Below are positions 12,540-23,598 of a stretch of 64,000 bases of DNA, piece by piece (the stretch's first letter is position 1; each line of letters starts with the position of its first letter). A program made the position numbers and the translations under genes. The notes beneath the pieces were generated by a model. The model saw nothing but the letters and a program-made list of their open reading frames with translations, made no database searches and was not told where the DNA came from. This stretch comes from Octopus vulgaris (lineage: Eukaryota): assembly GCA_951406725.2 (NCBI GenBank), contig OX597827.1, positions 55,428,001 to 55,492,000 of the forward strand. The letters run 5' to 3'.

Positions 12540-13507
12540 GACAACTATGGTTCTCTCGCTCAGGATGAAAGGTAGACTGTATGATGCATATGTGCAAACT
12601 ACCATGATACACGGCAGTGAAACATGGGCCATGACTGCTGAGGATGTGTTGGCTTGAAATAAATGAAGCTAGTATGATCCACCAGATGTGTAATGTCAGT
12701 GTGCATACACGACAGTGTGTGAGTGCCCTGAGAGAAAAGTTGGACATAAGAAGCATCAAATCTGGTGTGCAAGAGAGACAACTGCACTGGTATGGTCGTG
12801 TGTTACATATGAATGAGGATAGCTGTGTGAGGAAGTGCCACACACTAACTGTGGAAGAGGCAGACCCAGAAAGACATGGGATGAAGTGGTGAAGCATGAC
12901 CTTTGAACATTGGGCCTCACAGAGGCAATGACAGGAGACTGAGACCTTTGGAGATATGCTGTGATTGAGAAAACCTGGCAACTAAAGTGAAATCTCAGAC
13001 ATGGCCAATGTCAGTGTTGCATGTCTGGCCCATTTAAAAGTACCCTTGATGCATTGGGCAATATGATATGCTTGAGAAGATCTATTGAGTCAAGTAAAAC
13101 CAAATTCGTAACTGTGTTCAGTGCCTCCTGACTGGCTCCCATGCCAGTGGCACATAAAAAGCACCAGCCAAACGTGGTTGATGTCAGGTCTGTCTGACTG
13201 GCTCTCGTGCCAGTGGCACGTAAAAAGCACCATCTGTACATGGTCAGTGTCGGTGGCACGTAAAAAGCACTATCCAGATGGGATCAATGCTAGGGCCACT
13301 GACTGGCTCCTGTGCCAGTGGCATGTAAAAAGCACCCACTACACTCTCAGAGTGGTTGGCTTTAGGAAGGGCATCCAACTGTAGAAATATTATCAGATCA
13401 GATTGGAACCTGGTGCAGCTGCTGGCTCTCCAGTCCTCAGTCAAACCGTCCAACCCATGCCAGCATGGAAAACAGGCATTTAAACAATGATGAAGATGAT
13501 GATGATA
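12540..13507 (+). mobile_element. 5'-truncated RTE-clade LINE remnant (ORF C-terminus, 3'UTR and (GAT)n tail)
   Basis: Frameshifted HGSETWA..LE.NEASM..MCNVSVH..LREKLDIR..GVQERQLHWYG; 3'UTR gtggcacgtaaaaagcacc modules; gatgatgat tail. Confidence 0.8.
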
Positions 13508-13914
13508 TCCAGCCAAAATATTCTGCTTGTTTTATGCTAAAACTGGCCAGATCCAACCTCTCACAACTACCCTACAATGTCAATCTAAAGACAAACAATC
13601 ACATAAGTAAAATTTCATAGCTATGAAATAATGCAGATGTTCAATAACATGAGTAAAATCTCATTGCCATGAGATAATGCAGATATTCCAATGCTGATAA
13701 TGCAGGATTAATTCAAAACAATGTGAATAAATAAGCATTACACTCCACAGAGAAATCTGAATGCTGAGAGGTCAAATTACTTGCTGTCAGAAAAAGGAAA
13801 GGTCACATTAGATAATGTAGTCTGAGATATGCAATGCCATGAGAGTAGGCTGGGCTGCTCGTGGTTGAAAGGATTTTGGTAATAGGCCTTCTTGGTTAAG
13901 GCTAAACAATACAC

Positions 13915-14044
13915 CAGGCATGGGCAACCTTTCTCAAGAAGTGGGTCACATTAAGCACTCTGTACTACTAAAAATTATTGAAAGTAATTTTTTGTTAGGC
14001 ATGCCATTAAGAGAGTCCCATGGACTGCAGTTTGCCCATAACTG
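13915..14044. mobile_element. hAT-like MITE
   Basis: TIRs caggcatgggcaa / tttgcccataactg; 8-bp TSD caatacac / caataaac. Confidence 0.65.
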
Positions 14045-14179
14045 CAATAAACTTTTGACACTTTGGTTGGTTTACCAATACTGTCCAGGCACAGTTCGAA
14101 ATAACAGTAAAACTATTCTAAAAGATCGTTTGAATAAAGATTCAGTATTTGTGAAGATGTGGAATGGTTGGATGGATTG

Positions 14180-14404
14180 AGTGGCGGCAGAAACGTTAGC
14201 ACGCTGGGCGAAATGCGCAGCCGTATTTCATCTGTCATTATGTTCCGAGTTCAAATTCCGCCGAGGTTGACTTTGCCTTTCATCCTTTCAGGGTTGATAA
14301 ATAAAGTACCAGTTACGCACTGGGGTCGATATAATTGACTTAATACCTTTGTCTGTCCTTGTTTGTCCCCTCTATGTTTAGCCCCTTGTGGGTAGTAAAG
14401 AAAT
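14180..14404 (+). mobile_element. Nin-domain SINE
   Basis: Same head and core as 463-686 and 3119-3516. Confidence 0.75.
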
Positions 14405-15134
14405 ATATACTGACTTACTGAGTAGCATATTGACTCATATTATTTTAAGCCCCATTAGTCGGCATATTAGTCTATGTGCTACAATTAATCAAACTGAAGT
14501 TAAAAAAAAAAAAGAAATTACAATTGCCAATTAGACTATCCAACTTCTGCAATTTATGCAAAAATAACCAAATTTCCGTTAATACAACTACTGATGCTAA
14601 ATATATATATATAACACCAGCTCAAAAATTTACTCGTCCTGTCGAAAAGACGCTTGTCTGTGACGTCCTGTTTTTGTTGTATTATTATTATCATTATTGT
14701 TTTTACGTATTTTTGTATTCTTATTCGTGCTATCTTTATTGTTTTTACGTATTTTTGTATTTTTACTTGTGTAACATCGTCCGTTTTTCCGTCCTTTTGT
14801 ATACATTCGAGGCTTTCTTCCAAGGAATCTAATGCGCTTGGCTTAGATTTTCCTTTGGGGCTGGCCAGATCGGAGCAATCTCAAGATTAATCAGCCGAAA
14901 TTGCGCAGATGATCTGGTTCTTGAAGGCTTTGAATGTCCCGTCCGTGTTTTTTGTATCGTCTTCTAAATGTTTCACGTTCTTGTCCCAGTTTGTATTTTT
15001 TTACATTTACATATATATATATATATAAGGAATAAATATATAAAAAAAAATATGTTTCTAGATGGTTCTGAAATAATTATCAGATGTCTTCTTGTATCAT
15101 AAATATCTAAATTAACCATCGCTTCTCTTTTCAG

Positions 15135-15263
15135 CCTGGCGCTTCAAGATTAGAGACTGACAGTTTGGGGCCTGTGCCAGTCCCAAATGACAAACTCTAT
15201 GGAGCTGTCACGGCACGCACTTTGATCAATTTCAACATTGGTGGCGAAACTGAAAAAATGCCG
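15135..15263 (+). CDS. FH: FH exon (homologous to vertebrate exon 2)
   Basis: ttttcag|CCT...CCG|gtatgt; [43 protein letters not shown]; 129 nt, phase 0/0. Confidence 0.93.
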
Positions 15264-18200
15264 GTATGTAGAATTCTAGTATTCAGTCTTTCTTTAATGC
15301 AATGCTTTAAGATGCATGGGAAAACAAAATCCTAGGGTATCCTTACTTGGTAAGATGTCACACAATAAAGAAGCCTTTATTTCTGTAAATTCTTTCATTA
15401 TCAGTCTGTCTGATTTGAAGTGATGTGTATGGATCTAGACAGTTGCATACAGAAGTGCCAATCACTTAACGTAGATGGAACTTGTAGAAGAGAGAAACCC
15501 AAGAAGACATGGTACAAAGTATTGAAGGCCAATCTCAAGACACTGAGTCTTACAAAGGAGATGACAAAGGGCCAAGGTATCTGGTGGGTACCTTGCTATA
15601 CTCAAGAAGATCTACCCACCATAGCAGAATTGATACCAATGCTGGTGTCACGTTAAAGCACTGGTGCTGGTGCCACATAAAAAGTAACCAGTACACTCTG
15701 TAAAGTGGTTGATGGTAGAACAAACAGTGGTGCCTGGTGTGGTCCATGGCCTTACCAGCTCCTGTTAAACCATCCAACTCATGCCAGCATGAAAAACAAG
15801 TTAAATGAGGATTTAAATTTAAATGAAAAAGGTCATTTTTGTGACATGAATGGTGAAAGATTTCAAAAAGTGTCTATTTGTGTGTGTGTTCTTTAGTTTT
15901 AGATATCATGGTCAAGGTCAAGCTGGAGCATCATTGTGTAGTGTGCATGTATATATTTTTGAGTAGTATTCCAAATACTACTCAAGGTGCATGAAGGCAC
16001 GTGGCCTAGTGGTTAGGGCATTCGGCTCACGATTGTAAGGTTGGGAGCTCACTTCCCGGCGACACGCTGTGTCCTTGAGCAAGACACTTTATTTCACATT
16101 GCTCCAGTCCTCTCAGCTGGCAAAAATAAGTTGTACCTGTATTTCAAAGGGCCAGCCTTGTCCAGACTCTGTGTCACACTGAATCTCCCTAAGAACTATG
16201 TTAGGGGTACACGTGTCTGTGGATTGCTCAATCAATTGCACATTAATTTCACGAGCAGGCTGTTCCGTTGATCGTATCAGCTGGGACCCTCATTATCGTA
16301 ACCGATTGAGTGCTCCTATTCCAAATAATCAATTGTCAATACACGAAGAAAGTTAAGTATTTTTTTTTCTTGTGAAATCCTTGCCTGGTTATTTTGTAAA
16401 TTGAGACGCATAAACATTCTATTCTTATTAGAAATATAACTATGAAAAGGTATAATATTTTAGTCAGTTGAATTTTACTTTAAATATAAACTTTAAAAGA
16501 AAATTACTTGGTTTTTTGTTTTAATCTTTTGGAATTTTTTTTTTTTTTTGCTTGGTATAAAATGTAATAGAAGAAATAAGGCATTTTATTTTTTTAATTA
16601 ACTGTGCACTTCTTTTCATATAATTTAGTTGTTGTTCTGAGAACTAACAAAAGGATTAAGAATAAATCCAGGAACAAGCAGTTGGAAAAATGAAAGAATG
16701 AGAAATGAAATAGATACAACAATCTGTTATAGGGGCACCTGTAAACACTTTATATTCTGCAGCAAATTAGCCCACCACATCCTATCCTTTCCCTAGAAAT
16801 TGAATTCAATGTACAGCTACTGAAATGCTCTTCGATTTTGTAGCACTCTTGTTGTGTACAGCAGTGAGTTGTTCCTGACCTTCAGTATCTGTTTACAACT
16901 AGGTAGGCTGCAATACTTGAGAGTTTACTCTTATAGTCATTGAAGTCAGTGACAGGGAACAAGCCATCAACCTTCTGGATACTGACTATTAAACCATATT
17001 GAATTGATTATCAGCATTTTTCTCTCACAATTCTAGTGTATAACTCTTTTGCCCACCTATCTTATCCATTTCTATTCTAGATAGTACAAAAATGAGTGAA
17101 TTCAATGGTGTAACATAATCAAAAAATAAGGTAATTCAGTGTGAAGAAATCCAAGAAATAGGTACTCCAAATCAATGTTGGATCCAATCGCTTCAGCCAC
17201 ATAACGACACATGTGCTTTTCTTGGACTATTCTTTTCCTTCTCTCCGGACCCTTCCTCTTTCTAATGAAGAGCCATGTTCAAAATGTCATCTTCAACCTC
17301 TTTTATTTTTTCCATCTTAAACTGACTATTTACCTAATACATTCATTGATTTTTATTGCTTTTGTTTTTATTATTTTGTCTATTCTAGAAGTCTATTCTG
17401 AAGCAATGTTAATGAATAAAATAAGGTTATATTAATAAAGAACCAAGGAGGTGGAGAGTGGTAATAAGTGATGAACTTATTGCTTTCCCAAAGTGAAATG
17501 AAATGGCTTTTCAATAAGAAAATATAAGAAAAGAAATCTTGAAATAAAACTTGGTTTGTATTTGATTTGTCTGGAGAGTAATGACAATAATAATGCTGAT
17601 TTAAAAAAAAGAATTTTCTATGTTAGTAGTAAGCGTCAAAAACAGATTGTATGACAGTCATTCCTTTCTCAATATTGTTAATAACATCATTGAAGAAAAC
17701 AGATGCAACCAGAAAACTAAACCAAATAGAAAAGTTGTTTAGTTTCAAGTCAGTCTTGATTGAGCTGTTTTATGATCATCCTACCAAGAGTACCATGAAA
17801 TCTTTTCCAAGTAGTGTCATACAAGACAACATTATATGATGTGTTCTTCCCCTATTGAGAAAGTAGGAGTTAATTTAAGGAAGATTTAGCTGTTATTTCT
17901 AGCAGGTTGACTGACTGCCTAGACATACCATCATTGACTCTATGTAGCAAAATAATAATTAATAAAAGTTGGCAAATGATTGGCACTCGAGGGCTCATAG
18001 CAGCAATGTTAGTAACAAAGGCAATTTTTATTCATTATTCCTTGCTACATCAACAGAACTACTAGTAGCAGTTGTAGTAAAAGTAACAGCATAATTAGTT
18101 TTCCTGGCATAACATCATCAGATACTATGTTGATTAAGTACCTTATTTAAAACAGCAAAGAATAATTGATCATGAATTTTTATAAAGTCACTGTATGATA

Positions 18201-21200
18201 AGAGATTACTATACTGGGTTTCTCATATTGTTTAGATGTGTTGAAAAGGCATGTGCCTTTCACATGACACTGTATTGATCCCACAAGTCTTTGGTTGATC
18301 GCCCTCTCTATGTTCCTGATTTTACTCCTATCTTCTGTTCCCCACATGTGAAAACACTTGGCTGGGAATCAGTATCAGTGATGATATCATATCTGCTGTT
18401 GACTTTTTTGAGCAACAGGATGAAAGCTTCTTCACCAATGGGATCCAAGCACTGCAGCATAGTCCCACAAGGGGGACTATATTGAAAAATAAACCTCATT
18501 TGGTCACATTCTATGAGAATATTATGGTCAGCCTATGAATTTTTCAACTGACTCTTGTATATACAGTCCACTTTGGTTTGGTGATCACTAAATTACACAA
18601 ACAGATATGACCATATCTATTATGTCTCACATCCATAGAAAGCTTGAGACATCTATTATGTTTCACATCAATAGGAAGCTTGAAATCTTAGCTTTCAGTA
18701 CCTGACAAGATACTATGAGGGTGCGGGGAATATGACTGACTGGCTAAAACCTTTGACAGAGATCCTGAACTAAAATAATTTCTTACAACATTGAACTGTA
18801 TCTACTCATGGCCTACACACTATTTACAACATGGTCTCAGCCAGTGAATGTTAAAGTAATTGACTTTCTGCAGCTTCCTTATGGGTTGGTCAGTTAACAG
18901 TTCTCTTAAATGACCAATTCTGCATAAGTTAAATAAAAATTTATAGCTAAAGTAATAGTAACATTTGTTATGTGCAGCAGAAGCAGTACTAGATTAAATT
19001 AGTAATTTGTGCATCATGCTTAATGCAAATAGATCATGGAAAGCTTAATTAACTGCAATTTTTGTCTGGAGGTAATATCTGTTTTGGACGTACTGTGTTA
19101 AAAAAACACAAAATTATATTGGTAGCAGATGAAAATTGTCCACCAGTGATGACAAGAATGCTATGTGCTTCTAGTATTTCCATTGTCACTACTCAACAAT
19201 TTTCTTCTGCTACCAATTTAACTTTGTGTTATTCAATTTAATTTTGTGCTATTCAAATCGATCGACATCAATGGAAATTGTAGCTGTGATACCAGTGCCG
19301 GTGGCACGTAAGCGAACCATCCGAACATGGCCGTTGCCAGCGCCACCCCGACTGGCCTCCGTGCTGGTGGCACGTAAAAAGCACCATCCGATCGTGGCCG
19401 TTTGCCAGCCTCATCTGGCTCCCGTGCTAGTGGCACATAAAAAGCACCATCCGATCGTGGCCGTTTGCCAGCCTCGTCTGGCACCTGTGCAGGTGGCACG
19501 TAAAAAGCACCCACTACACTCACGGAGTGGTTGGCGTTAGGAAGGGCATCCAACTGTAGAAACACTGCCAGATCAGACTAGGCCTGGTGCAGCCTTCTGG
19601 CTTCCCAGACCCCAGTTGAACCGTCCAACCCATGCTAGCATGGAAAACAGATGTTAAACGATGATGATGATGAATACAGCAAGTCCATAAGAGATATTAT
19701 CTGTAGTATCTCCAACTGAACACTGTAGTTAATTCAGCCTTTTGTGATGTATTTATATAAAGTATGATACACAGATTGCTAATAGTAGTATATATTTTAT
19801 GAAAAATAAAGAGAGCAACAGAAGCAATATTAATACCAAAAGATAAAATATTCACCACTTAAAAGTAGATGTTGTGTTAGGACAAACAAATACTGCAATA
19901 TTTACCAAGAGAGAAAAACCTTCATGTGGGTTTTTTTTTTTTTTTTTTGTGTGCATAAAAGCATATAGCTATTGCCAGTGGCAGACAATCACTGCTACTT
20001 CTGCTTCCAGGACTACCAGATCACGTGATTTCAGCTTTTTTTTTGGGTGGGGGGTCAGTGGCAGATACTTTGGCACCGGAAATAACAGTAACTGCTATGC
20101 TAACAATATACATAGAGATCACGTGACCAACCAGGCTATCAGATGTTGCTACACATTGCTGGTCACAATGCACTTTGCTTTGTTTTAGCCTTCAAATCAG
20201 GCCACCCCGCTGGCTAAGCGAGTAGGCCAACAGAAGAAAGAGTGAGAGAAAGTTGTGGTGAAAGAGTACAGCAGGGATCACCACCACTCCCTGCCAGAGC
20301 CTTGTGGAGCTTTAGGTGTTTTCGCTCAATAAACACTCACAACACCTGGTCTGGGAATCGAAACTGCAATCCTACAACCGTGAGTCTGCTGCCCTAACCA
20401 CTGGGCCATTGCACCTCCACGATATACATAGAAATACAGAGCCAAATATATTTTATATTTCTTTTTCTTATTTTGTAATGTCAAAGTATTATTTTCTAAA
20501 ATGATTATATCTTATCCATATTATTATGAGAAACGTTTAATGATTGATTTTATACTTGCAGGTTCCACTTATCAAAGCTTTTGGTATTCTGAAGGCTGCA
20601 GCAGCCCAAGTGAATCAAGAGTATGGCCTGGATCCCAAAATAGCTGAAGTAATAAAATCTGCTGCCATGGAAGTATGTTAGCTTTGTTGTATTTGGTCAT
20701 TAGGACATAGTTTATTTACCTAGTGATGACACCATGTAACCAATTTGAAAATAGTGCAAACGATATAATTCTTGAATAGAATCAAGAATTTTCTATTCTC
20801 AAATTGAGAGTTGTGAAAATGCATGGCCTAGTGGTTGAGGTGTTGCACTCACGATTGCTAGATCATGGTTTTGATTCCCCGACTGGGTAGTGCATTGTAT
20901 TCTTGAGCAAGACACTTCATTTCATGTCGCTCTGCGATCACTTTAACATTTGATAATGTGGCATACTATACACTTGTACTAGGCAATGTTGATTTGATGA
21001 CAGAAGTGAGCTAATGTACAACACAAACATTTGATCAACAGAAACAAATCGCCTGTGGAACAAATTGTTCAGCAAGAAATTGCAAAGCCCTAATCTGTCA
21101 TCTGTGACAGGTGAGTCTACCACAATTGAAAATAACAGTTAAAAGTGTTTGTTTTTTTTTTAAGTTTTGATATTTCTCTGAATGGTTAAATGGGCATGAA

Positions 21201-21486
21201 ACTTATCAAAACTAATTTATTCATTCTTAAAAATATTCTTTTTTACTTGTGGCTAAAATTCAACTTTCCTTCATTTTTAAAAAAAATCTTTTATCTTATT
21301 ATTATCATTATGGCAGCAAGCTGGCTGAATTGTTAGCATGGTGGGCAAAATTTCGCTCGTCGCTATGTTCTGAGTTCAAGTCCTGCCAAGGTTAAATTTG
21401 CCTTTCATCCTTTCAGGGTTGATAAATTAAGTACCAGTGAATCACATTCCTTCAATATTTCAGGCCTTGTGCCTTTAGTAGAAAGG

Positions 21487-21524
<38 letters not shown>

Positions 21525-22677
21525 GGTGAGCTGGAAGAATTGCTACCACACTGGGCAAAATGCTTAACAGCATTTCATCCTTCTTCACATTTTGAGTTCA
21601 AATTTTGCCGAGGTTGACTTTGCCTTTCTTCCTTTCAGGGTCAATAAAATAAGTACCAGTAAAACACTGGGGTCAATATAATTGACTACCAGTTACACAC
21701 TGGGATTGATGTAATCGACTAGCCCCCGTCCCCAAAATTTCAGGCCTTGTGCTTATAGTAGAAAGGATTATTATTATTGTTGTTGTTATTATTATTATTA
21801 TTACCAGTACTATTATTATTACTACTACTACTATTGTTACTACTACTACTACTATTATTATTATTACTATTGTTGTTATTACTACTACTACTAATACTGC
21901 AATTACTATTATTATTATTGTTGTTGTTGTTACTATTATTGTTATTATTATTATTATTATTACTTTTACCACTTAAGTTCAGTTAGCAACATGATACATG
22001 TTTCTTCACATTACAAAATTAAAACAAGGTACCTCATCTTTTCAAAAAACTATGTCATGAATATTAATTATATGTGTTTATGTTATCTTCTTCATTGTTA
22101 ATATCTATATCATATCTTGTCATGAAAAGTTTAATAAGGAATGCCCATGGATTGAATTTCCAACAATAATCTACCTTCAACATGATACTGGGAAGGAAGG
22201 TAGTAAAAGAACAAATATTTCTCAGTCTAACTACACTAGTCATAGTTATGTATTTGTAAGGCTATAAGAGGTAATGAGCTGGCAGAATCATTAGCATGCC
22301 AGGGGAAATGCTTAGTAGAATTTTGTCCATCTTTTGTCCATTATGAGTTCAAATTCTGTTGAGATTGACTTTGCCTTTCTTCTATCCTGAGTCAATAAAA
22401 TAAATACCAGTTGAGCACTGGGGTTGATGTAATTGACTTAACTACTCCTGGGTATGAGTAAAAGAAAAAAATTGCATACCTCTGTCAAGCCAGTGTGGCA
22501 GAGTAGGCTCACCAAACCAGTATGATCTCAAGCTTAAATTCATGGCCTCTACATCAGACCATGGTTGATGGAGAGAACATGCTGAGGCCCTTGTCTTGCA
22601 GTGGACTGAACATGGGCAATCCAATCCAATCCAATCCAAGGTTTCTCCATCTAGCCATATTTACTTGCACTCGCATG

Positions 22678-22714
<37 letters not shown>

Positions 22715-23552
22715 GGCCATTTCTTTTTAGTTAATACTATGTTTGATTTTCTTTTTCTTTATTTCTGTTCAGGTGAGTTCTGGTGAACTTATGGATCATT
22801 TCCCTCTTGTCGTGTGGCAGACAGGTTCTGGCACACAGACAAATATGAATGTGAATGAAGTGATTAGCAACCGAGCTATTCAGTTACTTGGTGGTCAGCT
22901 TGGCAGTAAGGATCCTGTGCATCCAAATGATCATGTAAATATGAGCCAAGTAAGTGTGATTTATCTTATCAAGATAGATATATTTTTTTATTTTTTTGTG
23001 AAATGGGGTGAAGCTATTGTTTGTCTTTTACTGGTACCTATTGACTTTCCAGAAGAACAAGAAATACGATATCCTCACATTATTTTTCCATGCAGAAATA
23101 TAAATGAATAAACAGGATGATTTAAAGCATTGACACCTTTTTCAGATACAAATTAAAATAAACTCAAAGGAAGTTAAAAGTAAACTTGAATCAAATTTAA
23201 ACATCTTGAAATAAATTAATCTTGCAGTAAATTAACCCTTCAGTATTTAAACTGGCCATATCTGGCCCAAAATTTTCTACATGTTTTTTGTTAAAAGTGG
23301 CCAGATCTGACTCCCCACAATACCTAACAATGTCATTATAAAAATATAGTCACATCATTGAAATCTCAAAGCTGCAAGATAATGCATTATTAATTTTTTT
23401 TTTAATGTGAATTAATAAGCATTACATTTGACAGAATAATCTGAATGCTAAAGGGTCAAATCTTTTTTTTTCTAATTAGATGATGGCATCCAACCTTATT
23501 TCCAATGCTTTTATAAAATGAATAATAAATAAACAGTACACAGACAAACACA

Positions 23553-23598
<46 letters not shown>

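Noticed and set aside
19295-19511. Repeat-spacer pattern resembling a mini CRISPR
   Set aside because: The spacers are related to each other and the block is part of a multi-copy RTE 3'UTR with a (GAT)n tail.
21673-21986. Poly-Ile/Leu/Thr ORFs
   Set aside because: These are translations of the ATT/GTT/ACT microsatellite.
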